A stretch of 64,000 bases of DNA from contig CAKVHV010000004.1 in the NCBI GenBank assembly GCA_934754475.1, forward strand, positions 13,660-77,659. The letters run 5' to 3'. Shown piece by piece: positions 9,828 to 19,709 of this stretch. The notes beneath the pieces were generated by a model. It was not told the DNA's origin and searched no databases. It saw only the letters and a list, made by a program, of their open reading frames with translations. The stretch's first letter is position 1. Every line of letters begins with the position of its first letter. This stretch comes from an uncultured Clostridia bacterium. GTDB taxonomy: Bacteria; Bacillota; Clostridia; Christensenellales; UBA1242. The position numbers were made by a program, and so were the translations under genes.

Positions 9828-10946
9828 ATGTTAAATAGAGTAAGCAGAGAAAGAGAACTTTCTCAAAAATTAGTTAACTATTCGTGCAATGTTAAAAAGG
9901 GCGAAAAAGTACTTATAACTTATAGCGATACACCAAGTAGTTTTATTGAAATCTTGATTGAAGATATTTCCAAATGCGGAGCAATCCCCATTCCTTTTAG
10001 GCTAGACAAGATAATCAAACGCAGACTTTTGCTTAATTCAAAAGACGAAAATTTTGAATACTTCAAACAAATTGTTTTGCCTATTATGCAAAGTGTTGAT
10101 GCGGTTATTTTGATTAGTGGGAGTTTTAATAACTTTGAACTAAGCGACATTCCGACCGAAACTATGACTAGTTTTAACAAAATTTATGTTGAACCCGTTC
10201 ACTTCAAAGTCAGGTGCCAAAAAAAGTGGGTTCTTCTTAGATACCCTACTCCAAGTTTTGCTCAAAGCACCATGCAAAGTAGCGAAAAATTTTATGAATA
10301 CTTTTTTGATGTATGTACGCTTAATTATCAAGAACTAAACAAAAAAATGACACCACTCAAAGAATTGCTTGAAAAAACGGATAAAGTAAGAATTGTTGCA
10401 CCTGACACGGATTTGAGTTTTTCAATCAAAGGCATGCCCGCAATTAAATGCAGTGGAGAATGTAATATTCCTGATGGTGAAATATATTCTTGCCCGCTAA
10501 AGACAAGTGTTAATGGCAAAATAAAATTTAATATTCCCGCTATTGACAACGGATTTGAGTTTAGAGATATTTTTCTTAAATTTGAAAATGGAAAGATTGT
10601 AGATTTTGATTGCAATCTAAAAAACGAGTTTAAAAATATTTTGGATACAGACGAAGGCTCTAGATATTTGGGTGAATTTGCATTTGGACTTAATCCATAT
10701 TGTACAAGTCCCATTAAAGATATTTTGTTTGACGAAAAAATGTCAAGTTCTATCCACCTTGCAATTGGCGCTAGTTATGAAGATTGTTACAACGGAAATA
10801 ATAGCGCTGTACATTTGGATTTGATTTTGAAGTTAAGCCAAGAGTTTGGCGGTGGCAAAATATACTTTGACGACAAGTTAATTTATGAAAATGGCAAATT
10901 TATTTGTCCTAATTTAGTTGATTTAAATCCCGAAAACTTGTTATAA
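9828..10946 (+). CDS. M29-family aminopeptidase (AmpS/PepS-like)
   Basis: 372 aa. N-terminal KKGEKVLITYSD and C-terminal YLGEFAFGLNP / SIHLAIG blocks typical of M29 aminopeptidases. AGGAG RBS. Confidence 0.8.
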   Translation: MLNRVSRERELSQKLVNYSCNVKKGEKVLITYSDTPSSFIEILIEDISKCGAIPIPFRLDKIIKRRLLLNSKDENFEYFKQIVLPIMQSVDAVILISGSFNNFELSDIPTETMTSFNKIYVEPVHFKVRCQKKWVLLRYPTPSFAQSTMQSSEKFYEYFFDVCTLNYQELNKKMTPLKELLEKTDKVRIVAPDTDLSFSIKGMPAIKCSGECNIPDGEIYSCPLKTSVNGKIKFNIPAIDNGFEFRDIFLKFENGKIVDFDCNLKNEFKNILDTDEGSRYLGEFAFGLNPYCTSPIKDILFDEKMSSSIHLAIGASYEDCYNGNNSAVHLDLILKLSQEFGGGKIYFDDKLIYENGKFICPNLVDLNPENLL

Positions 10947-10982
10947 TATAATTGTAATGGAATAATCCATTTTTAAAATTAA

Positions 10983-12005
<1,023 letters not shown>

Positions 12006-12185
12006 TTTGTAAACAAATATATTTTGTTTTACTAATATATTTTGTTACTAATTAAAAATAGGTTCTGCCAAAAAAAATTAATAGAAAGCATATAGATTGA
12101 AGTAAGTTAATAATATTTAAATATTCTAACTAAAAATTAAATTTATATGTTCCTATAACTTTATGAATGAAAATGGAAATAAAAC

Positions 12186-12215
12186 CCAGATTGTTTAGGC
12201 AATCTGGATTTTTTT
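12186..12215 (+). terminator. Rho-independent terminator of gap
   Basis: ccagattg / caatctgg stem followed by a T7 run. Confidence 0.75.
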
Positions 12216-12303
12216 AAATACTTGTAACTATTTAGTAAATGAAACAACAAAAAGACACCTTAAAATCAAAAACATTAAAGTTTTAAATCAAGGTGTCTTG
12301 TTT

Positions 12304-14439
12304 TTAGTTTGTAAATCTTTTTAAATCAGTCTTTTTGGCATAAAGCAAACGTTTGATAATATGATTAAATGATTGAGCATTTCTAACCGCATAAAAATGA
12401 TATTTGCCTTTCTTTTTGTAGATAATAAGGTCGTTTTCTTCCCTATTTAGACAATGGTGGATTCCGCCGATTCCCGAAAGTATCTCTTGATATGCACCCA
12501 TGCCAAATACACCTATGTATAGAGTTTGTCCTTCTTTGATTATTGGCAACTTAAATTTGTCACGTGACTGATAATAATAAACATCGTCTCCGTCACAAGT
12601 GTTTCCCGCAAGTCTAACTTCAACTTGCTCATTTTCAACCAAGTTTATTGGCAAAATCAAAAATTCTTCGCCAAGTGCCCAAGTGTTTGGCAAACTTGTC
12701 ATAAGACTATCATTTATTAAATACCAAGGATTATCGTCCGACTTAACCGCTTCGACCTTGTAAATATTAAAACAAGCATCAGACACTGTATATCTGCCAT
12801 TTTCTTGAATTATATCTGGCTCTTTGGCATTATACTTTGTGGATAAGTTTTTCAATAAATCAATTGTGTTTTGGACAAATCCATGATAATCGTATTCGTT
12901 AATCTTGTCATAAGGACAACCGCCACCGATGTCAAAATATTTGATAGTTTTAATTCTGCTTGAGAATTTTGCATAGATTTCAAAAGCTTTTTCAAAATTG
13001 ATGTCAAATTTATCTTTGTCAAATAGTGAGCCACGTTGATGATAATGAATGGTCGTAAAGTTAAGCATTGGATTTTGTTTGTATGTATCTGCGACATACT
13101 CAATCTCATTTTCATACAATCCAAATCTATCGTATTTAGCGATTTTGTCATTATGATTATATAAACTTACTAGTTTTACTCTTGTTCCAATCTCAATTGG
13201 ATTTTTAAATTTGTAATTAAGCAAATGCTCGTACTCAAAGACACTATCTACAATATCCAATATTTGATAGCCTTTGTCGACCATTTTGCATATTAACTTT
13301 AGATACTCTGGGTCTTTGATGCCATTGCAAATAACTTTTTTTCGTTTGACTGTTTTTGTATCAAAAATTCTTTTGACAAGCATTAAGTCTGTATAACTTG
13401 ATACTTCGTAAAAATCCGAATACACACCCGCTGTTACTACGTTTTCGGCATAATAACTAGCCTTGTTTGCATTTGCATAATAATACTTGCCATTGTATCC
13501 GCTCTTTTTAATCATTGTCTGAAATTCGTGTTTTAAAGATAGTATTCTCTCTCTTATCATATTTGGAAAGCCGACTTTGAGTGGATTGCCATATTTTTTA
13601 ACAAGGTCAAGCAAGTTGATATTTTTGTAATACAAGACATTATTTTTGTAAGACAAATAACGTTTGTGGAAAAAGTTATCCTTTGGACTAACAATCGTCA
13701 AGCATCTAATAGAACCGCCGAGTTTATAAAACTCATCAAGATTTATTTCATGCACCACATAACCCATTTTTTCAAACACTCTTTTGATTCTAGGGCTTGG
13801 GCTTGATATAAACAAATTATTCTTAATAATTATAAAGTTTGTATTAAAGTTTTCGAACTCGTCCTTTGTCAAAGAAACAACTTCGTAATTTTTTTGTAAG
13901 TACTTATAGTCGTCAGCATCAATACCCGGCTTATATGCAAAAACCGTTCCGTCAAGTTCATTTAAGACACAATCCAAATGCAAAATATTTTTGGCAAGTC
14001 TTATAGGCTTAATCTTAAGATTTGTAAGGTCGCTCAAAGTCTCCAAAGACTTAGAACTAGTACGATTTCCGACACCTACAAAAACTTCTTCGTCGGTCTC
14101 AACAACATCCCCACCTTCAATTGTAGAAGAAAATTCATGATCAAAATCAATTATGTCATTTAGTTTTTCTGGCTCACCAGACCTAACATGCTCTTTCATC
14201 TTACATCTATAGATTTTGTTGTCTAAGAAAAATGCAGTGTCTCTTACAAAAGTTTGTTCTGGCAAATTATCTTCTGGTTCAAGAAATTTAACTTCGTCAT
14301 ACTTACTTAAATATGTACACATATTTTTGTGTTGTTGTTTGAGCCTTTCGACATCAATCGTTCCTTTGAAAGATTTCTTTTCATTTATATTAATTGGCTC
14401 GCCTTTGACAAACTTATCCGGTTCACAAACAAAAATCAT
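12304..14439 (-). CDS. Fusion protein: N-terminal pentein (DDAH/amidinotransferase-fold) domain plus C-terminal PLP-dependent Orn/DAP/Arg-type decarboxylase
   Basis: Residues 1-255: IEGGDVV, HLDC, GGSIRCLT (C-terminal nucleophile motif of guanidino-modifying enzymes). Residues ~256-711: ANANKAS (PLP Lys-like), FDIGGGCPY, GNTCDGDD. Confidence 0.7.
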   Translation of the reverse strand: MIFVCEPDKFVKGEPININEKKSFKGTIDVERLKQQHKNMCTYLSKYDEVKFLEPEDNLPEQTFVRDTAFFLDNKIYRCKMKEHVRSGEPEKLNDIIDFDHEFSSTIEGGDVVETDEEVFVGVGNRTSSKSLETLSDLTNLKIKPIRLAKNILHLDCVLNELDGTVFAYKPGIDADDYKYLQKNYEVVSLTKDEFENFNTNFIIIKNNLFISSPSPRIKRVFEKMGYVVHEINLDEFYKLGGSIRCLTIVSPKDNFFHKRYLSYKNNVLYYKNINLLDLVKKYGNPLKVGFPNMIRERILSLKHEFQTMIKKSGYNGKYYYANANKASYYAENVVTAGVYSDFYEVSSYTDLMLVKRIFDTKTVKRKKVICNGIKDPEYLKLICKMVDKGYQILDIVDSVFEYEHLLNYKFKNPIEIGTRVKLVSLYNHNDKIAKYDRFGLYENEIEYVADTYKQNPMLNFTTIHYHQRGSLFDKDKFDINFEKAFEIYAKFSSRIKTIKYFDIGGGCPYDKINEYDYHGFVQNTIDLLKNLSTKYNAKEPDIIQENGRYTVSDACFNIYKVEAVKSDDNPWYLINDSLMTSLPNTWALGEEFLILPINLVENEQVEVRLAGNTCDGDDVYYYQSRDKFKLPIIKEGQTLYIGVFGMGAYQEILSGIGGIHHCLNREENDLIIYKKKGKYHFYAVRNAQSFNHIIKRLLYAKKTDLKRFTN

Positions 14440-14520
14440 AATTTTCTCCTAAGTAAATTTAAAACTTGAATTTAGTATACCACATGAGACAAAACAATAC
14501 TACTAATTGAACAATATTAC

Positions 14521-14547
14521 AAAAAAATCCCTAGCAAAACTAGGGAT
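14521..14547 (-). terminator. Rho-independent terminator of the metal ATPase gene
   Basis: atccctag / ctagggat stem, followed on the minus strand by a T-run. Confidence 0.75.
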
Positions 14548-14556
14548 AAAATTTAT

Positions 14557-16596
14557 TTAATCTTTAATTTTGTAAGTGAGTACTCTTAGCGAATTTAGAA
14601 TTGCAAGCAACGTTACTCCCACATCTGCAAAAACCGCAAGAAGCATTCCTGTAATTCCTAATGCACCAAGAATTAAGAATGTAAGTTTTGTAACTCCTGC
14701 AAAAATAATATTTTCAAGCACTATCTTTTTGGTGCGTTTAGAAATCTTGATTAAGTCGGGAATACGTTTAAGATTATCATCGGCAATTACTACATCACTA
14801 CTTTCAATTGTTGCTTGACTGCCCATAATCCCCATACTAATACCAACATCCGAAAGAGTCAATGCTGGGGCATCATTTATTCCGTCACCTACAAAGGCAA
14901 CAGTTTTGCCTTTCTTTTTTTCATCTTCCAAAATATTAAATTTGTCTTGTGGCATAAGTTCAGCATGATAAGAATCAATGCCAATTTCTGAGCATACTTT
15001 TTTGGCAATAGACTTGTTGTCTCCAGTTAACATCATAGACGAAATATTTAATTTCTTGAGATTTTCTACCATTTCATACGAACTAGATTTGACCTTGTCT
15101 TGCAAATATATTGAGCCTATAAGTTTGCCCGATTTCAAAACATCAACTTGAGTGTATCCTTTGGAATTTAAACTTCTTCCAACAAAATATTTATCTTTCT
15201 TAATTTCAAATTCTATACCTTTTCCAGCAACTTCATGATAGTTTTTGGCAATACACTTAGATTTTTTGTCATAAAACCCACATATTGCTTTTGCAATAGG
15301 ATGCAATGAATTTTGTTCACCAGCGACTACAATTTCAAGCAAATCGCTTTCTTTTGTTCCTTGAGCAGTTTCTACTTTAAATACTTCAAAGTCGCCAGTT
15401 GTCAAAGTGCCGGTCTTGTCAAGAAGGATTTCATCAATGCTTGCACATGTATCAAGATAGTTGCTACCCTTAATCAAAATTCCTTGTTTGCTACATCTAC
15501 CAATACCAGAGAAATAACTAAGCGGAACAGAAATAGCAAAGGCACAAGGGCAAGATACAACCAAGAATATTAGTCCCCTATAAATCGCTGTATTTATATT
15601 TCCAAGCACAGCCCAAGTAATTCCCCAGACTACAAAAGAAAGTATTATTACACCTAGTGTATAGTAACTAGAAAACTTGGATATAAAGGTTTCGGTCTTG
15701 GACTTTTTGTTTGTAGCATTGCTAACTAAATTCAAAATCTTGCTAACTGTACTATCTGTATATTTGCTTGTAGCCTTAATTTTAAGCACACCATCCAAAA
15801 CAATACTTCCGGACGGAACACTATCATTAACATTTACGTTAACTGGAATACTCTCACCGGTCAAATGACGTTTGTCTATATTGCAATTTCCGTCTACAAT
15901 AACCCCATCAACTGGAATTTTTTCTCCGGGTTTAACAACAATTATATCTCCAACTTCAACTTGCTCAGGCTTAACTTTTTCTTCCTTGTCGCCTTTGAAA
16001 ATTACTGCATACTCAGGTTGAGTATTAATAAGTGCAGATATACTCTTTCTCGAATAATTAACCGCTCTTGATTCAAGCATTTTGCCTAGTGTATAAAGTG
16101 CAATAACCATTAACCCTTCCATGCTTTCATTCAAAGCACATGCACCAATAATGGAAATCGTAACCAACGTGTTTTCGTCTAGTTTTAGATGAATTGATTG
16201 ATGAATTGCCTTGAAATATGTCTTGTAACCCATAAGTAGCAAACTAGTTATAAGCATTGTAAAATATAACCATGTAGGCATAGGTTTGACAAATAAAATT
16301 ATGAGTCCAAGCACAAGTCCTACCGAATACAATATTACATCCAAGAGTTTGACAGGCTCGTCGTGAGTATGCTCGTGTTCTTGAGATATTCTTACGTCGG
16401 GATTGACTTGTTTAATTGTTTTATTGATATTTTTAAGAGTGCTAAGCAACTTGTCGTCTTCAATTTCTAAATAAAGTTTGCTTGTAGAAAAATTAATACT
16501 TGCACTAATGACACCATCAACCTTTTGTAAATACTTTTCAAGTGTCAAAGCGCAATGCCCACAATCCAAACCAGTTATATTATATTCTTTTTTCAT
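14557..16596 (-). CDS. Heavy-metal (Cd/Zn-type) translocating P1B-type ATPase
   Basis: N-terminal HMA domain (GLDCGHCA), CPC in a TM helix (VSCPCAF), DKTGTLT, HP motif (SLHPIA), GDGINDAP. Confidence 0.9.
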   Translation of the reverse strand: MKKEYNITGLDCGHCALTLEKYLQKVDGVISASINFSTSKLYLEIEDDKLLSTLKNINKTIKQVNPDVRISQEHEHTHDEPVKLLDVILYSVGLVLGLIILFVKPMPTWLYFTMLITSLLLMGYKTYFKAIHQSIHLKLDENTLVTISIIGACALNESMEGLMVIALYTLGKMLESRAVNYSRKSISALINTQPEYAVIFKGDKEEKVKPEQVEVGDIIVVKPGEKIPVDGVIVDGNCNIDKRHLTGESIPVNVNVNDSVPSGSIVLDGVLKIKATSKYTDSTVSKILNLVSNATNKKSKTETFISKFSSYYTLGVIILSFVVWGITWAVLGNINTAIYRGLIFLVVSCPCAFAISVPLSYFSGIGRCSKQGILIKGSNYLDTCASIDEILLDKTGTLTTGDFEVFKVETAQGTKESDLLEIVVAGEQNSLHPIAKAICGFYDKKSKCIAKNYHEVAGKGIEFEIKKDKYFVGRSLNSKGYTQVDVLKSGKLIGSIYLQDKVKSSSYEMVENLKKLNISSMMLTGDNKSIAKKVCSEIGIDSYHAELMPQDKFNILEDEKKKGKTVAFVGDGINDAPALTLSDVGISMGIMGSQATIESSDVVIADDNLKRIPDLIKISKRTKKIVLENIIFAGVTKLTFLILGALGITGMLLAVFADVGVTLLAILNSLRVLTYKIKD

Positions 16597-16958
16597 TTTT
16601 CCAACTCTCCTAAGTGACTTAGTCCCATTTCAAAAATAGTCTTAACATGTTCGTCCGCCAAACTATAAAATATTTCTTTGCCATTTTTTTCGGATTTAAT
16701 TAGTTTGTTATCCTTCAAAAATTTAAGTTGATGAGATATTGCCGACTTTGTCATTTGAAGTGCATAAGCAATATCGCAGACACACATGCTCCCCACTTCG
16801 TCAAGTGCACAAATAATCTTAAGTCTAGTTACGTCCGCAAATGTCTTGAAGAATGTTGACATCATATCGAAAATTTCTATTTTATCTATTGCACTCTGTG
16901 CTTGTGCTACATGACTCTCATGAAGACAAGTGCAATCACAAACATTTTTGTTTTCCAT
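16593..16958 (-). CDS. ArsR/SmtB-family metalloregulator (CadC-like)
   Basis: 121 aa. N-terminal Cys cluster (CDCTC), CVCD plus winged-helix segment MTKSAISHQLKFLK. Overlaps the ATPase start. Confidence 0.85.
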   Translation of the reverse strand: MENKNVCDCTCLHESHVAQAQSAIDKIEIFDMMSTFFKTFADVTRLKIICALDEVGSMCVCDIAYALQMTKSAISHQLKFLKDNKLIKSEKNGKEIFYSLADEHVKTIFEMGLSHLGELEK

Positions 16959-17093
16959 TTATACTCCTCTTAATTATTCCCAAGCTACAAAGCAATAAGT
17001 CAATTTATATGCTTACTTAAATTTAATATTTAAATATTTTGTTTAAATCTAAACCAAATAAACTACACAATTGATTTAAAACTTTTGTTTATG

Positions 17094-17153
17094 GTTGAAT
17101 ATTTACTCAACTATTATACTGTCATTATAGTTGAATAATTACTCAATTGTCAA
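17094..17153 (-). promoter_or_regulatory. cadC promoter with two ArsR-type operators
   Basis: On the minus strand: TTGACA (17148-17153), 18-nt spacer, TATAAT (17124-17129). The near-palindrome GTTGAATAWTTACTCAA occurs twice (17130-17147 fills the spacer; 17094-17111 lies just downstream of -10). Confidence 0.6.
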
Positions 17154-17322
17154 CCGTTTTAAAAAAGTTTTTTTAAAATCTTAGAATAAGGAATATTTAT
17201 ATATTTGCACATGCACACATGCACAAATACACAAACAAAAAAACTTGGATAATATGCAATACACTGCACACAAATTATCCAAGTTTATAATTAAATAAAT
17301 ATATAAAATAAATTTTAATCAA

Positions 17323-18396
17323 TTAAAAAACTTCTTCAATAACTCCACCGCCAAGACAATGTGTGTCGTCATAGAACACAACATATTGTCCCGGAGTTAC
17401 TGCACGTTGTTTTTCTACAAAGTTTACAACCACTCTATCTTTTTCAATTTTAACTAGTACTTTTTGGTCGGGTTGTCTATATCTAAATTTTGCAAAACAC
17501 TCAAATTCGCTATCTTTTGGTTTTTTTGGAATCCAGTTGATTTTGTAAGATATTAGTCCATTTGAGAATAATTCTTCGCCTTCACCTTGGGAAACAATAA
17601 GTTTGTTATCCTTAACGTTTTTGTCAACAACATACCATCTATTGCCATTCCCACCGCTCATTCCGCCAATATTTAAACCTTTTCGTTGACCAAGAGTATA
17701 ATAAATTACACCTTCGTGAGTGCCTACTTTTTTGCCATTCAAATCTACAATATCACCTTTTTTGCAAGGCAAGTAGTTTTTCAAAAACTGTCTAAATCTT
17801 CGCTCACCAATAAAGCATATGCCCGTACTATCTTTTTTCTCAGCAGTGGAAAGCCCATACTTTTCAGCTATTTTTCTTACATCGGGTTTGAGCATATCTC
17901 CAAGCGGAAACATGACTTTTGAGAGTTGGTCTTGGTTTAACTGATTGAGAAAATATGTTTGGTCTTTGTTTGTATCTTTGGCTTTGCATAGATAAGTTAG
18001 TCCGTCAATTCTTTCTACTTTTGCATAGTGACCGGTTGCAATATAGTCAGCGCCCATAGACATTGCATAATCAAGGAAAGGTCCAAATTTAATTTCTCTA
18101 TTGCATAAAACATCTGGGTTTGGAGTTCTTCCTTTTTCGTATTCTTCCAAGAAAAACTTAAATACTCTATCCAAGTAATCTTTGGCAAAGTTAACCGAAA
18201 AATACGGAATTCCAATTTTGTTACACACTCTCTTGACATCTTCGTAATCGTTAACAGACGTGCAAACTCCGTTGTCATCGTCTTCTTCCCAATTGTGCAT
18301 AAAGAGTCCAATTACTTCGTAGCCTTGTTCTTTGAGTAGTGCTGCAGCGACCGAACTATCCACACCGCCCGACATTCCTACAACAACTTTTGTCAT
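17323..18396 (-). CDS. mnmA: tRNA-specific 2-thiouridylase
   Basis: 357 aa. PP-loop SGGVDSSV; typical MnmA length and blocks. Confidence 0.95.
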   Translation of the reverse strand: MTKVVVGMSGGVDSSVAAALLKEQGYEVIGLFMHNWEEDDDNGVCTSVNDYEDVKRVCNKIGIPYFSVNFAKDYLDRVFKFFLEEYEKGRTPNPDVLCNREIKFGPFLDYAMSMGADYIATGHYAKVERIDGLTYLCKAKDTNKDQTYFLNQLNQDQLSKVMFPLGDMLKPDVRKIAEKYGLSTAEKKDSTGICFIGERRFRQFLKNYLPCKKGDIVDLNGKKVGTHEGVIYYTLGQRKGLNIGGMSGGNGNRWYVVDKNVKDNKLIVSQGEGEELFSNGLISYKINWIPKKPKDSEFECFAKFRYRQPDQKVLVKIEKDRVVVNFVEKQRAVTPGQYVVFYDDTHCLGGGVIEEVF

Positions 18397-18863
18397 TTTT
18401 TATCTCCTTTTTCGGCGAGAACTACTGGCACTTTGAACCTGCGGAAAATTACATTCAAAATATCACAAATCCAAAGCAGAATATTAATCGCAAAACACGT
18501 AAATGTTATTTCATAAAATATTCTAAACACAAGTACAGAATCTAGTGTAGGTATACTTAGTTTTAATATAAGCAAAATTATTGAAACGACTGTACTAATT
18601 AGAGAGAAAGTTCCCCTAATATTACGCTTGACATAATAGTGATTAACTCCAATAAAACCCAAGAATATTGTATACATAAGAAGTGCTATCTTGTTTACAT
18701 CACTTGGCACATCGGTTGTAAAGTACACCAAATCAGACATGTCGTTCTTTCGATACTGGCTTACTTTTTTGTTGCTAGCGTTGTTGACTTGTTCGTCTGT
18801 CACACCACAATATTTACAAAGTTGACCTTGCACCATTTTTGCACCACAAATAGGACATCTCAT
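18393..18863 (-). CDS. Zinc-ribbon plus TM2-domain membrane protein
   Basis: N-terminal CPICG...CKYCG ribbon. TM2-like LMYTIFLGFIGVNHYYVKRNIRG. Overlaps the mnmA start. Confidence 0.7.
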   Translation of the reverse strand: MRCPICGAKMVQGQLCKYCGVTDEQVNNASNKKVSQYRKNDMSDLVYFTTDVPSDVNKIALLMYTIFLGFIGVNHYYVKRNIRGTFSLISTVVSIILLILKLSIPTLDSVLVFRIFYEITFTCFAINILLWICDILNVIFRRFKVPVVLAEKGDKK

Positions 18864-18995
18864 AGTGTTACTCCTTTTATCTTAATTTTACCAAGAAAAA
18901 CAACTCAAATAAATGAGTGTTTATTTAAAATTTATTTACTTAAATATTTTAACATATTTTATATTTTGATACAATCAAAAATTCTCTAAATAAAT

Positions 18996-19024
18996 ATATC
19001 CACTTGGGAATTCCAAGTGGATAT
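18996..19024 (-). terminator. Terminator closing the T4SS-like cluster
   Basis: 12-bp perfect stem atatccacttgg / ccaagtggatat with a 5-nt loop, starting 5 nt after the stop of the 80-aa gene. A U-rich tract follows on the minus strand. Confidence 0.7.
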
Positions 19025-19029
19025 TTAAA

Positions 19030-19272
19030 TTAATTGTTGCCCGAAATTATTTTTTTGATTTCTTTTAGATTAGCAAGTGTTAGTTCCTCGTCAATCTCTC
19101 TATATGCATTTTTGAACGCATTTCTAATTTCTTCTCTCACGTTTGGTTTTTCAAGTGCTATGTCTCTGACTTTTTTTGCAAATGCCAAAACATCTTCTTT
19201 TGTTGTAATATCTACTTCTTTGATAATTCTTTCGATTATTTCAAACTTGTATACATTAGGATTTTTTGCCAT
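19030..19272 (-). CDS. Hypothetical small helical protein (80 aa), last gene of the T4SS-like cluster
   Basis: Intact ORF, Lys/Glu-rich, no TM. Co-directional with and tightly spaced after the 113-aa gene. Confidence 0.6.
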   Translation of the reverse strand: MAKNPNVYKFEIIERIIKEVDITTKEDVLAFAKKVRDIALEKPNVREEIRNAFKNAYREIDEELTLANLKEIKKIISGNN

Positions 19273-19287
19273 AATTAATTCCTTCTT

Positions 19288-19629
19288 TTACTTTTCCAAT
19301 TCTTTATCTAAATTCAAGTACTTTGCTTTTAGTTTTTTAAGAACATCATCTGCTTTTAAAATTTCATTTTCAGTCTTTTCCATTGACTCCAAAGTGCTTG
19401 CCATTTCCGCCAAGTTCTTTTGTTCTTCGGCACTAGGAATACGACCATTGCCATATGCTCTTTCATACTTTTTAAGCAAGTTTTTCATAAAGTTAACATA
19501 AGTCGCACTATATTTGCTTCTCAAAGATTGTTCGATAGACACATCTTGTTCTTCATCTTCCAAACTTTCTAAGAATTTGACGTCCTTGTCATCTTCGCCA
19601 AAAAATTCGTCACTAATAATTTTATCCAT
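19288..19629 (-). CDS. Hypothetical acidic helical protein (113 aa)
   Basis: Intact ORF with GGGGAG RBS and its own consensus promoter upstream. Acidic N-terminus, coiled-coil-like C-terminus. Confidence 0.6.
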   Translation of the reverse strand: MDKIISDEFFGEDDKDVKFLESLEDEEQDVSIEQSLRSKYSATYVNFMKNLLKKYERAYGNGRIPSAEEQKNLAEMASTLESMEKTENEILKADDVLKKLKAKYLNLDKELEK

Positions 19630-19661
19630 AAATATTTCTCCCCATAAATTTGATTATACAT

Positions 19662-19690
19662 ATTTTACACCAAATATATAGTCTTGTCAA
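19662..19690 (-). promoter_or_regulatory. Consensus promoter for the two small genes
   Basis: On the minus strand: TTGACA (19685-19690), 17-nt spacer, TAAAAT (19662-19667). Confidence 0.6.
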
Positions 19691-19709
19691 TATGGGATTT
19701 TAAGGTTTT

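Noticed and set aside
17207-17240. CA-rich microsatellite-like stretch (gcacatgcacacatgcacaaatacacaaac)
   Set aside because: It is short and imperfect, lies between the mnmA terminator and the cadC promoter, and shows no coding or structural context. It has a weak resemblance to the palindrome at 31724-31741, but not enough to call a shared motif.
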